Assembly: GCA_964016885.1 (NCBI GenBank) | Contig: OZ024740.1 | Coordinates: 412,920,001-412,984,000 of the forward strand | Direction: 5' to 3' | DNA from: Eledone cirrhosa | Lineage: Eukaryota | Length of the DNA stretch: 64,000 bases | In this document: positions 29,808-44,251 of the stretch, piece after piece | Position numbering within the stretch: the stretch's first letter is position 1 | Layout of the letters: each line of letters begins with the position of its first letter | The notes under the pieces: model-generated | What the model was told of the DNA's origin: nothing | Seen by the model: only the letters and a program-made list of their open reading frames with translations | Database searches by the model: none | Translations under genes and position numbers: made by a program

Positions 29808-29990
29808 GGTGCATTGGCAGTATCGGTAGAGGGTCGGACGCCATGCTTTGACGCATAGAGTTACTGCCCTTGCCATTCTGAGTTCAAATCCCGCCGAGGT
29901 TAACTTTGCCTTTCATCCTTACGGGGTCGATAAAATAAAGTACCAGTAATGTACTGGTTAATTTCTGGCCTTGTGCTAATAGTAGAAACA
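29808..29990 (+). mobile_element. tRNA-derived SINE, 11-bp TSD
   Basis: TGGCAGTATCGG and GAGTTCAAATCC boxes; TSD GTTATAAATAT at 29797-29807 and 29991-30001. Confidence 0.92.
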
Positions 29991-30004
29991 GTTATAAATA
30001 TATG

Positions 30005-30041
<37 letters not shown>

Positions 30042-30220
30042 GTTATATAGTGAGGTGTATTATTGGTTGTGTAAAACGGTCCAATAGGTTTATGTTACCA
30101 ATATTAAGTTCTCCACGCTTTTGTATATCTCCAATTCCATTCAAGGGAACAGCTAGATGATGTAAAACGGAGTATAAGTATCAAAATGAAAATCTGAAGG
30201 GTTAAATTCCAATCATTTTA

Positions 30221-30296
30221 TTCACGACACATGTTTCAATAAGAGATAGATCGATCGTAAAGCCATGATCAATTATCACTGATCTCATCAGGTGAA
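30221..30296 (-). ncRNA. Hammerhead ribozyme near the 3' end of a longer element (about 30040-31760)
   Basis: Reverse complement: ttcac-CTGATGA-gatcagtgata...tatctcttatt-GAAA-CATGTG-TC^gtgaa. Family recurs at 46150-46650. Confidence 0.8.
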
Positions 30297-31879
30297 AATG
30301 AATTGTCTTTAAATTCTTGATATGAGGGAGAAAATTAGAAATGTTCACTCACAGAGTTTATTCCCTTATATGAAGATCCAGTAGTCAGAAATACGGCGAC
30401 TGCTATCAGCTTCAGTTAGGGTCTTAAAACTGTCAAATCCCCATAGCTGCAAAGGGCGCTGGACATTAGTCAGATCTGCAGAAATACAGTCGGTCACAGT
30501 TAAGGTGAGTGGGTCCGCACACACTAAACACCCATACACACCGGCTCGAGGTAAAAAAAAAATATATATATATACACATATAAACACATCATCAAAACTA
30601 GAGAAGGGCACAATTAGTGTGAGTGGGTACACACACACTCTCACACACACCGAAGCGATGTCATAGAAAAAAACAACAATTATAAGAATAAGAATATACC
30701 AACACAGCATTCACCGAAAGTTCGTTTACAAAACAACAAATGCTACATTAGTCAAATCTCCATTTGACGATGTAAATTGGAAATATTGGGTTAACCACAG
30801 CCACATACACATACACACACACACAAGCAAGTAAGTTCAGTTCAGTGTTCTGTTATACATGTATAGATTGAATTGTAACATCCGTATCTTCAAATAATAT
30901 GTTATGGTATACACACATCCATATCGTCCGAAAAAGTGTATGTCAGGTATATACACATCCATGTGAAGAGCAATCAATCAGCTCATATGGAACTCAGTAT
31001 GTACCGCTGTCCCATTGAGAGTCTGAGTCCCCAAAAACGTGCGTGCAAGAAACTGCAATGTAGGCCAGCAAGGGGCTCCGTGTGGGGTTGGGTATTTGGG
31101 TTAATGTGTCAGTAAGTGCGATTTCCGGTCAAATGGGCCCTTGGACTTTTAAGATAGGTGTTTGAGTGGTGGAGGTGTGTTATCCAACACAAAAGGTAAA
31201 TTAAATAACAAAGGATAGCAAAACCCAGAGGATGTGTGTAGGCCCATTAATGGTGTGTAAGTATTATTGTTCAATCCGTTACTGTGAGCACTCTATGGTA
31301 AGATGGTCACGGATCAAAACATAGTGTAGTGATCAATCGGTAGGAACGTGACCAGTCGCAACTGTGGGAACTCAATGTCTAAAGAAAACGGGTACTGTGT
31401 GTAGAGTTATGTTTAGAGAGCGTAATCGGTCCTAACTGAGTGGCAATACGACTAGCTATATCCCAACCGAGAGAACTCAATGGTTAGGGTATCTTAAAGT
31501 AAAGGTTGATGCGCCTAATCGGTCTTGCCTGAGTGTGTAATCAATTACTAACTAGGTATATTGAGTGTGTAATCAATTCTAACTATTTACTAGTTAGGTA
31601 TTCTGAAAGTGCACTCAGTCGTGAGAACTCTGTGGAAACAAGTCAGGTACCGTTTGTAAGTGTGAAAACAATCTTAGCCGTCTAACTACCTGAGTGTGTG
31701 ACTGTCTGTTTATTGAGAGAATCATATGGCTAAAGTATAGACGGAGTTAGTGATACGTTACTTTCCAAAAACCCTGCGGAAGGTTTTCGAGGTTCTATGA
31801 TGGCAATTACTGAACAAATCTGCTCTCCTATTAATTAATAGGGGGCCGCCTCTAATAATATTAAAGGTTTCAGCTACAC

Positions 31880-31918
<39 letters not shown>

Positions 31919-32109
31919 TAGCTTGAGGTTCACCACTGTATAGAGCTGGTCTATTCCGTCTGGTCAATCGTAATGTAATAATATAGAGAGTACTCAACGT
32001 AAAGCAGTTCAACCGTCTTTGTTTTTGTAGTTGGTGGTGCTATTACGGAGTTAAATATTATAATGAAATGACAGGAGGCTGATTTGTGTATATCCTTGAA
32101 AGGTTTATT

Positions 32110-32167
32110 ATACTATGATCATTTCAATAACCGGGTTACGTATGAATCCGGTGATATCATCAGGTAT
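32110..32167 (-). ncRNA. Hammerhead ribozyme; inverted partial copy at about 32515-32600
   Basis: Reverse complement: atac-CTGATGA-tatcaccgg...ccggttatt-GAAA-TGATCA-TA^gtat. Confidence 0.8.
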
Positions 32168-32666
32168 TCGAAATAATACGTGAATGTAATAGATAAAATC
32201 CATGGGGCTGAAAATCGAGGACCCGAGGGCGACCGCTATCTTGCACCCTCTACCTTAGCCGGTTGCCCTCGAGTGACGTGGCTAAAGTTCACAGTGTGCT
32301 ACTACCGGTCAGATAAAGGAAAACAGAAAGGGAAGGGAACATAAGTTACAAGACAAAAGAAAGAAAGAAAGGAAGGAGAGAGAAGAAGGGGGAAGGAAGA
32401 AGAAGAGAAGCCAGGGTTAATGTCAACTATAAGAATAAAGACAGAAAGAAAGAGGAGGGAAGGTCGGTATTACAGTCAGGCCAGGATTGTCGCGAAGAAA
32501 TTTTTTTTTTTTTTTCATACGGAACCCGGTCATTGAAATAATCATAGTATAATAAACCTTTCAAGGATTTACACAAATCCAGCCTCCTGTCATTTCATTA
32601 TATATATATATATATATATGAAATATATGAAATATAAGAATCAAAGAACTGTCCAAAACATTATTG

Positions 32667-32713
32667 TGCTTACAGCTGTTTCCTCCAAACCGAGGTTTGG
32701 ATTCTTCGGAGCA
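32667..32713 (-). ncRNA. Minimal hammerhead ribozyme (CCGAAGA core)
   Basis: Reverse complement: tgct-CCGAAGA-atccaaac/ctcg/gtttggag-GAAA-CAGCTG-TA^agca. Confidence 0.78.
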
Positions 32714-33094
32714 ATTTATTAATGCATGGACAGTTATATGACCTCCTTTTCAGCCGAGAGACATACCAAATACATATTCAAACATTGATACATATTCAAA
32801 CATTGTGGGTCAACATTCATTACAGAATTTAGAGTGGCAGTACACACTTCGAGATTACATTTATATTAATAGGTACAATCAAAAATCAAAGATATAGGTT
32901 AAAGTACAACATGAAGATAAGTGGTTATATAGTGCAAATGTTATATGTGTGGCACGCATGTGCGTCTTGTTTATATAGTGTGGCAGAGAGATATGTGTGG
33001 TAGAGGCACTTAGGTAGGTAAATAAGAGTGTTAGGTTGGTAGGTCTGGTGGCAAAGTCTTTATATGATTACATAACCATAAATAGTATAACTAA

Positions 33095-33158
<64 letters not shown>

Positions 33159-33203
33159 GAAAGACGTAAAATAAGAAAATTAGAAAAATTAAAAATCAAC
33201 TTA

Positions 33204-33273
<70 letters not shown>

Positions 33274-33289
33274 TTACATTGTTAAACAA

Positions 33290-33600
33290 TATTCAATGAA
33301 TTATGTCAAAGAATGATTTTTACAGTAGATTGGAAGCACTCAACGGTTTAAAAAAAAGTGTTCAGGAGTTATTAATATAAGTATTAATAAAATAGATGTT
33401 CATTTGATCAATTAAATAAATGAGATGTTAAATGGTTAAGATTTAATCGAGGTACTACCTCGATTAAATCTTAACCATTTAACATCTCAGGGTATGTCAT
33501 GTATCATTATATTTTGTCTGCTGAAGACGTACTGTTGTACATTCGAAATATGTATAATAAAATGTAATTGATCAAAAGAACATCTATTTTATTAATACTT
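33290..33600. mobile_element. Second fold-back copy of the 6829 family; HHR at 33503-33572 (+, core CTGCTGA)
   Basis: Axis AATCGAGGTACTACCTCGATT; near-identical to 7002-7071. Confidence 0.8.
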
Positions 33601-33619
33601 ATATATATATATATACCTA

Positions 33620-34935
33620 TAACGGCGAAGAATTAGTTTTGCGAGGTTTTTGATATGAAATCGAGTGTCGAAACAAATATTGTTATACTTGGGGAGGGTC
33701 ATATTTGTGTAATAATATTGCCAGAATTAATAACAGAGCACACTCACTGTTTGGTTGGTTTTCACTTCTGTGTCTTTTATATCGGTTAATTTAATTTATT
33801 CGGTCCTTAATGTTACCATTGGCTGAACAACGGTCAACAATACAGATACAATATAGACACAAAGACATATATATATAGTCTAACAAAGTTCTTTCGTTGC
33901 ACATATACAACCCTGTCAGTGGTACTATTATGTTTCCTCCCGTTGTATTGTATGCCTACGAAATCTTTATTTATTCTGTTTATTTATATATTTATTTGTT
34001 TTTTTTTGTCTTTTCTGCGCATGCGTTTGCGTGTGTGTATAGTGTTTTGTTTGATGTATGTTCGTGTTTGGGTGACTGTGTATTGGTTATTGTATTCTAT
34101 CTTAGTTTACTAGTGTGTTTATATGTGTTTGTTGTTATTGTGCTTGTGTATGTATTTATTTATTTATACTTCTCTTAGGTCAGTGTTAATTATTTGGGTG
34201 TTGTTTTTATTCCATTCATTCTTTCTGTTTAGCCTTGGCCTTCTAAGTTCTATTTCGCTGGCCTCTCTCATTTGCCTATCTGCTGGGTCATTTCTATGTT
34301 TAATTATTATTCTAATTTCTATGTGGTCTATGTTACCGTCGTGTTGTTGCTGGCATGTTCGTATAGTACTGAACCGATTTTTCATCCCTTTAGTCCCCCC
34401 CCCCCCCAGTGTTGGACTAAACGGACGAAAAACCGGTTCAGTACTATACGAACATGCCAGACAACAACACAACGGTAACATAGACCACATAGAAATGACC
34501 CAGCAGATAGGCAAATAAGAGAGGCCAGCGAAATAGAACTTAGAAGGCCAAGGCTAAACAGAAAAAAATGAATGGAATACCAACAACACGCAAACAAACA
34601 ACACTGACCTAAGTGAAATATAAATGAATAAATACATACACAAGCACAATAACAACAAACACATATAAACATACTTGTAAACTAAGATAGAATACAATAA
34701 CCAACACACAGTCACCCAAACACGAACACACATCAAACAAGACACTATACACACACGCAAACGCATGCGCAGAGAAGATTAAAAAATAAACAAATAAATA
34801 AATAAATAAACAGACTAAATAAATTAACCGATATAAAAGACACAGAAGCGAGAACCAACCAAACAGTGAGTGTGTTCTGTTATTAATTCTGGCAATATTA
34901 TTACACAAATATGACCCTCCTCAAGTATAACAATA
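33620..34935. mobile_element. Inverted pair of PLE 3' ends (GIY-YIG C-terminus + UTR), axis about 34400
   Basis: KHRNDPADRQMREASEIELRRPRLNRKNEWN (-) and GSVLYEHARQQHNGNIDHIEM (+). The arms are reverse complements with internal deletions. Confidence 0.8.
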
Positions 34936-34998
34936 TATACATATATATATATGTATATATATATATACATATATATATATATACATATATATATATAC

Positions 34999-35073
<75 letters not shown>

Positions 35074-35425
35074 TATATGTATATATATATACATATATAT
35101 ATGTATATATATATACGTATATATATATATAAATAAATAAATATATATATACATGTATATGGATATATATATATATATATACATGTATATGGATATATAT
35201 ATATATACATTAAATATAAGTATGTACACGTACATACATATATGTATACAGGTGTACAGTAGTATATATATATATATACATACATGCACACATATATATA
35301 TATATGTACGTATGGATTCACCGAACATTTATTATAATGCTCTATGTGTTTGTAAACAAACATCCCGTATTAAGCCGTAGTGTCCACAAACCATCGTTGC
35401 TCCTTTGTTCAACACTGACAAAGGA

Positions 35426-35468
35426 ACACTGTACTAGTTTCAAGCTTATTAGCTATCGTCAGCAACGT
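35426..35468 (-). ncRNA. Minimal hammerhead ribozyme
   Basis: Reverse complement of the 36255-36297 motif. Confidence 0.85.
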
Positions 35469-36254
35469 ATACCTTCCTGCCAGATTGTTGAACGTATATA
35501 CTTACCTTATGCATATTAACGGCTGCGTAGCCCAATTTGCATATCGAGTGGGTTAATCGGCCGGGTGCACCAAAAACGATAAACGGAAAAAATGAAACGA
35601 CATTTCATTCCCTACTCTTAGTACGGCTGTTACTTAAATATAAGTATGTACACGTACATACATATATGTATACAGACGTACAGTAGTATGTATATATATA
35701 TACATACATGCACACATATATATATGTACGTATGGATTCACCGAACATTTATTATAATGCTCTATTGGTTTGTAAACAAACATCCCGTATTAAGCCGTAG
35801 TGTCCAGCAAGTATCGTTGCTTGTTTGTTCAACACTGACAAAGGAACGCTGCACTAGTTTCATACGTATGTATAAGTAAGTACACGTACATACATATATG
35901 AGCAACGATGGTTGCTGGACACTACGGCTTAATACGGGATGTTTGTTTAGAAACACATAGAGCATTATAATAAATGTTCGGTGAATCCATACGTACATAT
36001 ATATATGTGTGCTTGTATGTATATATATATACATACTACTGTACGTCTGTATACATATATGTATGTACGTGTACATACTTATATTTAAGTAACAGCCGTA
36101 TTAAGAGTGGGAAATGAAATTTCGTTTCATTTTTTTCCGTTTATCGTTTTTGGTGCACCCGGCTGATTAACCCACTCGATAAGCAAATTGGGCTACTCAG
36201 CCGTTAATATGCATAAGGTAAGTATATACGTTCAACAATCTGGCAGGAAGGTAT

Positions 36255-36297
36255 ACGTTGCTGACGATAGCTAATAAGCTTGAAACTAGTACAGCGT
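36255..36297 (+). ncRNA. Minimal (43-nt) type I hammerhead ribozyme
   Basis: acgttg-CTGACGA-tagct/aata/agctt-GAAA-CTAG-TA^cagcgt. Confidence 0.9.
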
Positions 36298-36969
36298 TCC
36301 TTTGTCAGTGTTGAACAAACGAGCAACGATGGTTGCTGGACACTACGGCTTAATACGGGATGTTTTTTTTACAAACACATAGATCATTATAATAAATGTT
36401 CGGTGAATCCATACGTACATATATATATGTGTGTGCATGTATGTATATATATATACATTCTACTGTACGTCTGTATACATATATGTATGTACGTGTACAT
36501 ACTTATATTTAAGTAACAGCCGTATTAAGAGTGGGAAATGAAATTTCGTTTCATTTTTTCCGTTTATATATACATTTATATGTATACATATATGTAAATA
36601 TATATATAAGTTTTGAGTGTGTGTTCGTTGTTTACCGACACCTATTATGCAGGTTGGAGCATTCGACGTAGTACGCAGGCTGATTTGTTTACTCCGTGGT
36701 AATGTAAAATAAGTGAGTCAAACATGTCAAATTTGGGTTCGTTTATTATAAATTCTCTGCTATGTATATTTGAGTGACAGCTAATATTGTCTATAGACCT
36801 CATCAGGCAGTGCGAATTAATGAAGACAGAACAGGTATACATGGCGTTGAAATTTGTTCCACTGTCAACTCATCGATTCTCCAGCTCCTGGGTATGTTGT
36901 TATATATAGCAGAGAATTTATAATAAAGGAAGCCAAATTTTATATATATATATACACACACACATATAT

Positions 36970-37000
<31 letters not shown>

Positions 37001-37240
37001 CACATATATATATATATCTATATATATATATAGAAAAATGTTTGACCCCGACGGCAGGGCTCAAGCCGTTTCGACGGCTTGATCTCTGTTAAAAGGGAAC
37101 AAAGAATCAGTATGGCATCATATATATATCTAATTATATATTACATATATTTCACAGTCGATCAGCTCGTGGAACGATCGATTAATTTTCGATCCTTACT
37201 CTGGAATCGGAAACTCCTCCGATATATGTTCAGTCGTAGA

Positions 37241-37280
<40 letters not shown>

Positions 37281-37309
37281 GTATGTGTGTGTGTGTGCGT
37301 GTGTGCGTG

Positions 37310-37340
<31 letters not shown>

Positions 37341-38149
37341 CCGCGCGTGTGTGTGTGTGCATCATTCAATTTACTTCGATTACCAATAGATAGAACTGGT
37401 GATTCTGTTTGGTAAACCACGATGTAACCAACCACTCAATTGTAACTGGCATACGAATAATAAGTCAATTATTTCTCCAGATAATTATTAATAAATAGCA
37501 ACGGTTTGTAATTCTGAGTTACAGCGTTTTAATTACCCGAGTTCATGTCGCATTATAATACAGTTATTGAAATATTAGTTAATGTTTCTTATGTTTGTTT
37601 TATTTGTAAGCATTCTTCATGAGGAACATGCACTATTAAAGAAAAAATTTGTTTACTGTAATGCTTGCATTCCAATAAACTACTGATACTTCTGTGCTTC
37701 TTCAGCCCTCTCTATATTCACAGAATGGCAATCTGATAATCCTTCTTGCACCTCATTTTCATTCTTCTAGATTAGAACAATGAATCTTACATATTTTGTG
37801 AGGTGTTTAAGTGTTGTTTTGGTTGCCAATAAGCATTGTGCAATGCAGGCCATATTCCATATAAAATTCCCCACTTGTCAGTTCTGTGTATGATATCAGA
37901 AATACTCCAAAGTATTATCAGCAAATTTATAACATAACTGATTATTCGCCATGCTTAACCTTTAGATGCAGATATCTAGAATACAATTTGAAGTAGAAAA
38001 ATATGAATTTAGATACGCAAAAATACAATTCCAAATATATAAGTGGATGGGCTGTTCTATAGAGTCTATGTAACTCACTCGAAAGTAGTAATTTGAATCG
38101 TAGGTGTAACTCTGACATGATGTTCTATGGAGAAATACTAATAACACCA

Positions 38150-40520
38150 GAGATATAGCGTGAGCAATGCCTAGGGGAAAAGCCATAGTAAACTAAAATG
38201 TAATATTGTATTGAGCTTCCATACTAAATAGGAATCACACTGATGAGAATATCTTGAAAAGTAAGATGTTTTTTTTTAATCTCGATATATTGTACATAGC
38301 TGTGTTTATTATTTTAAGGAATTTTGGTTTCAGTTTTGGTGAAACGTGTGTCCATTCCCCAAACACCTTTGTTTATGGGGAACTTTCAAGCTTTTCTTTT
38401 TTTCTGTGTATATTTTAACCAAATGTTGTATAACACATATAATTAGTGTTGCATTACTTACTTAATTTTGCACATGTGTGTCTCCTTATCTAATCAATAT
38501 TCTTTTCATAAATAAACACTAGATGTACTTCTACCATTTATTAAAGAATTAAGCAACATAGCATAACGATTCTTGTTTCCACAGTGTCTATCAGAATTCC
38601 ACTTTCAATGTTAAAATTAACATAACAAAGTTTTATTTCTCCAAACCTCTAATGACTCAAATAATTTAATACGTTTAAGTGATAGACTTCATAGAGATGA
38701 AATACCAATCACGATTCTCAGTGTGTGTCCTGCGTGTGTTCTCCATGCGCTTTGCAAAGGCTTCCGAAAACATTAAAAATGATGATATCAGACGATATAA
38801 AAGATACAGCTATATATAAGAGAAAAAGCGTGACATTTTCACGGTTATCTGAGGAATATTAGTTAATGTAACTATTGTATATGAGCTAAAGACCCACAAA
38901 TAATTGAACTGCAAACTAGTCTCACTGATACCATCATCATCAATAGTGTAGCGCCATACAGTTTTCTACCATTATATCAATTTCTTGCATAAACAAACAT
39001 GTACCTCTTCAAAGGGGACGGAAATATTGATTGCATTGTCTTACGTATAAATAATCGTTGTTATTGAATCAACCCAGTAGTGATTATAAATAAAGTTGCC
39101 CCAAATATGGATTGAGCGAGTAACCTAGAGTGAAGAAACAAACTCAAATACTTTTCATCTTGTCTTTAATACACTCTATAAATGAGTTAACCATAAATAC
39201 AATATATTAGTATGAGAAAAAGCAAATATCCATTTATTAACAATTTTATTTATTCAATTATTCATTTGTTTTTCGACGTTCGCTTGTGACCTTTGGTTTA
39301 GCATTATCTTCCTTTGATACTTTAATTTCATTTCATTAAATTTTGTTTATCTCTCGCGTGAAAAGGGAAAGAGTGAGTGAGAAATGGAGGAGAGATTGTG
39401 AGATATGGAGAGACAAAAGAGAAAGATTAATTATGAGAAATTGAAAGTGAACAATTTAAACCAAAATTCCAAACTTTGAAGAAATAAAAAGCAGAGGAAG
39501 TAACGCCCAGAATCGTACAATTATCGGAAATTAATCAGTAATTATCAGTATTAGAGGAAATAGAAAATTTTAGTGTGTAACTTTAAATTAGTATTATGTT
39601 CCATACTAGAAAATAATGAAAAAATGAAGATGAATTTAATTTTTGCATTATGTAAAACAATTGCTGTATTGTTTGCCTCATTGAATATAAAAAAACGTTT
39701 TCTTTTTCTATAGGTTCCTATATATCAGGCTCCCTCCAGCGTTAATTTTCAGGGATTGATAATCAATAACTCGAGGATAATTTCATTTGTCTTTATCTAT
39801 GAAAGATACATTATTCTGAATAACATGGTTTCTCTTTCCTCTCATGCCGAATATTACTTTAATAGAATACAATGTAACATAATCGATTAACTGAAAACTA
39901 AAGTGTGTTACTGAAACACATGTTAACTCAGTCCTCAGGATATAAATAATATGCTATGAAGAAACTGATATCATATATTTGCAAAATATATTTAATATAA
40001 TGTTTTAGAATAAAACATCTGTAAATATTGATCAATAATTCAGTTGAGCTATTTCTAAACAGAATCACATAATAACATGTCATAACGTTGTGAACAACAA
40101 CAGCTGACAAGGAAGGTTCTAATAGGTCACTCCATCTATTATAAATATCAGCTATATATTCTACATATTGCACTCTACTGTCTTAAAGACGGAAGGAACC
40201 GTTGACATACTTAGTGTTGGATATACAAAACTATTTGATGGTTACGTCTGAAAACTCTTTGTTTTTATCGTCTGTTTGAGCAAGAATAATCTGGAGTTAA
40301 ACAACAAAACTGGAACATAACAAAATACCATCATGACAAAAATTAAAGCAATACAGCTCCGTACGGAAATATGAATATTAAGGATTCAAGATAGCTTTCG
40401 AATGATGTGTTGGCTGAATATATTAAACACGTATAATGTCAACAGCATGTAGTCATAATATCGCAAACTTAGATATTTTCTTTCATAACTGGTCTCAGGA
40501 AATTGGGAGTGCTCATAATA
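38150..40520 (-). pseudogene. Decayed rhodopsin-class (Srw/peptide-receptor-like) GPCR
   Basis: One frame over 40480-40080 reads ...SCIALIFVMMVFCYVPVLL...LIFIIDGVTY*NLPCQLLLFTTL (TM4/TM5-like). TM6-like TRIVMLCCLIL**MVEVHL at about 38530-38580. TM7-like DILISV...SSIQYYILVYYGFS at about 38170-38255. Many stops. Confidence 0.45.
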
Positions 40521-41903
40521 TGTTGGCCACATCAGGGTTACTACTATTAATGGACTTGTTATTCAGATTCAATTTCTAGAAGTTGGAGTCTGTCGGATGA
40601 ACTGGAGTAGAGGTAGAATTTGAGAGCTAACCGATTTTAAGAAGAATTAATCAGCCAAGTAGTTTAGCCTACTCGATGAAGTTAAAAAGTACTTGAAATG
40701 ATAAGGGTAGAGCCTGTTGGATGTGCTGCGGAAGCAGATTTTGAAGGTAGTGAACTACTAATAACAGCAGAAAGGAGTATGACAACAACAACAATTGTGT
40801 ATATGAGAGCGATTCTAAGGTATGTAATTTTCTGAGATGTGATGTCTCCAAGGTGTGTGTGTTGATTTGTGGTTTGTGTGTCTGCAAAAAATGTGGTTTG
40901 TGTGTCTGCAAAAAATCCAGGATCAAATTTATTTGAGCAATAGCCATAGCCATCTACCCTTGTAATTTTTAAGCAGCTTATTAGAAATTCATTATTTCAT
41001 GTTCCTGGGGATAAAGGTAACTCTAAATATGTTAGGTTTTCATTAGATTATAGTCTGAGAGGTTGCACAGTTGCAGAGATTTTAAAACGACTTATTTACA
41101 TTGCTGAAGAATAACACCATTGGAGTTGAATCGCAATAGCCATAGGAAATCAAAAGTTGTGGCCAAACAACATCTTTCTTCCGCAGATGCATGTTTTGAT
41201 CACTTCGTAATCATTTCAAGAATATATCGTTACTATCACCTAAGTATACTATGTTTACTTATTTCAATAAAACTGCTTGGGAGAATGACTAAATCGACAC
41301 AGATTGAAACTAAATACGGCAAATTAAAACATAAAAGTAAAATATTTCTACGTTAATATGCCAAGGCTTATTTTCTATTTGGTACATAGCGACACATCCC
41401 GAGGTCAGCCATTATTCTCTTGAATACCTTTGCATCAAGAACATATGACTGCATGGTAGCGTGTCTCATGTGAATTTAGTATTCTAATATATAATTCAAA
41501 TTCATAAAGGCACTTTTTGGATCAAATAAACTATTTAATAGTTCTTGCAGCGAAAATGTATTTCTATTATTTTCCATTAAGGCATCACACTTATAATTCG
41601 AAATTAGTACATATGATTGGGTTTTTATAAAGAAATAACCGAGTTTAGCATATTATTAATCGAAATTGTATAAAAATATGAGTCACTTGATATATGCAGC
41701 ATAGCTGAAAGTATTGTAAGTGATTATTTTGTGTGAATAGAATTCATGGAAAGTTTTTCTCTCTATGAATGTGTTGTCTTGCAAATCAGTATAAGATAAC
41801 GGAAAATATAGTTTTCTGAGATGGAATTATGCCAGCACAATTGTAGCTATACCTGATGACTCCGAAATTGTTTTGGTATATTCTTTCAGTTATTATTTAT
41901 AGT

Positions 41904-42027
41904 CCCTTTACGATCTGAGTTCAAATCCCGCCGAGGTTGACTTTGCCTTTCATCCTTACGGGGTCGATAAAATAAAGTACCAGTGGTGCACTGGGTAATT
42001 GCTGGCCTTATGCCTAAAGTAGAAACA
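41904..42027 (+). mobile_element. 5'-truncated SINE, 12-bp TSD
   Basis: TSD ATTATTTATAGT at 41892-41903 and 42028-42039. Confidence 0.9.
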
Positions 42028-42112
42028 ATTATTTATAGTGCAAATTAGGTTTAGAAGCAAAACAATATTTTATTAAAGAATGATGTGTGTGTGTGTGTGT
42101 GTGTGTGCGTGC

Positions 42113-42189
<77 letters not shown>

Positions 42190-42190
42190 C

Positions 42191-42235
<45 letters not shown>

Positions 42236-42284
42236 AACTTTTTTTTGTAAAGAATAAGATTTTTATTCGCTGCTCAATGTAACA

Positions 42285-42605
42285 ACAATAGAGATGCACT
42301 GATACTCTCTCGCCATCCCCATCCCTCTGCATGGTGAGCAATTGGGGTGCCACGCGCTGGCTTCCCCACAGCCCCGGCGGACAGAATGGAGAAGGCGTCT
42401 CCCCGGAGGGTGGTAAGGGAAATCTGCTGGAAGAGCCATTCCATCTCCCGAGGCTCACACCTGCGGCTGGCCAGCCCAGCGCCTATGGTGCTGAGTTGGG
42501 AAATAGCCCTAGGGCCAAGGACACCAGAATTCTCCACAGCAAAGGGTACAACCACAAACCTGTCGGAGAGCGACTGCAACTTGGAGGAACTATGTTCGCT
42601 TGACA
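42285..42605 (-). mobile_element. 3' fragment of a CRE-like (restriction-like endonuclease) non-LTR retrotransposon
   Basis: FVVVPFAVENSGVLGPRA...EPREMEWLFQQISLTTLRGDAFSIL matches the PFAVET.G..G / QRISLA.QRGNA C-terminus. Confidence 0.75.
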
Positions 42606-43699
42606 ATATTGATTCGTCTGTGTGTGATTGTTTATTTTATTGATTAGTTACTCCATTATATTTGTTATTTTGTTTCTCAGTGTTTATATAGCCTTTTCCA
42701 TCTGTTTGTTAGTAATTATTGTCATTATCAAATTATTATTATCAGAAATAAAGACAATATTGATATTATTATACGGTTTCTCTGACTGCATGTTATGTTC
42801 CGCCATCTTAAACATCAGTATGCTTACGATATGTTTGTATTCGCACTTAGGAATGTAGGCAAGAAATATGACCAAGTCTACGATTTTACTATTAATATGT
42901 CGTTTTGAAAGAAGTTATAGCGAAAATTGACTATTCATCCAATCGTGCTTTTTGATCAAAAAGTCCTTTTTTATGTGCAATTTATTAGTGCGATATATTT
43001 TCTGCATATATAAAAATATTTTGATATGTACCAAATCAGCTAACCCAAAACACGAATACATTTTATTACGGCCATATTTATTTTTACACGCCTTCTCAGA
43101 CACATTTCAAAATATTTATATACATCGGAGTTAGATTATATAGAATAAAGCCCTGACAAATAAAAATACCTCGATTAAATCAATACTTCGTTCACACAAA
43201 TACCTCATCCAGTAATATATCACTACCTAATAAACAATAATGACAAGGCCATAAACAAAATGCATGAACACAGAACATCAATTGAAAAGAACAAAATCAA
43301 TAAATAGCCAATGAACTACAGCGCTAGTGACACGGCCAAACCAATAGAATTATAGAACATAACCATATCGAAGGTATTATATACCGTTTGTACAGGTGTG
43401 ATATTATAATACTCTTCAACTTCCTTGATTTATTGCTTAATACGTATTTGAATACGTTTAATACATATTTGAATACAGAGTAAGCGCTAATTTTATGGAA
43501 GTTAGTATGTCTCGTTGTGTAGTTTTTCCCTATATGATGTGTGCATAAAGCCTTTCCTCGTGTATTCTTCTGGCATTGTGAAAAATCTAGAGCGTTTTTT
43601 ATGGCGATTTCATAAAAAAATCGAAATTAGAATTCAGTTGTTCATCACATTCAATCACCGGGAAAAATAAGTGTAATAGGCATATTTACATACTTAACC

Positions 43700-44139
43700 A
43701 TAGACAGATGAATGGTTACTTACACGTTTCTTATATTAAGGGATAAAAAATATATATATTGTGCGTACAGATAGCAATATATTAATACAATTGTTGTAGG
43801 TTTTCTGTTGTAGGTTTTCTGATCGTAATTTTCTGGGATGAATATAATTGTGCAGCAGCACCTACTTGGCGATTAGATACGCAAAACTCTTCAAAGGATA
43901 CGGGCTCTCTCAAAAAATCTGTCATTTGTTTAATAGAAGCTACGTCTAATCTACTGAATATTTCAAAAGATTGATCATTAACCGTCCACAATGCCCCTAT
44001 TACAACAGGAATGTTTAGTATGATAAAGTCGGCTGATAGGGCCATGGGTACAATGTTTCCATTTGTCTTGCCATTGCTCTAATATTGTCTACCGTTTGCA
44101 ACTCCTGGCAGAAGATGAGCCTTTATAGTAGTAAAAGAA

Positions 44140-44194
<55 letters not shown>

Positions 44195-44196
44195 GC

Positions 44197-44251
<55 letters not shown>

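Larger units (their letters stand above)
35208..36566. mobile_element. ~420-nt non-coding HHR unit, about 1.5 tandem copies in each orientation (retrozyme-like)
   Basis: Direct repeat starts at about 35208/35633; inverted arm repeats at about 35900/36321. Confidence 0.85.

Noticed and set aside
36660-37240. CTGATGA at about 36800 (-) and CTGAACA...GAAAATTAAT at about 37175-37237 (-) as hammerheads
   Set aside because: Could not close all three stems; not counted.
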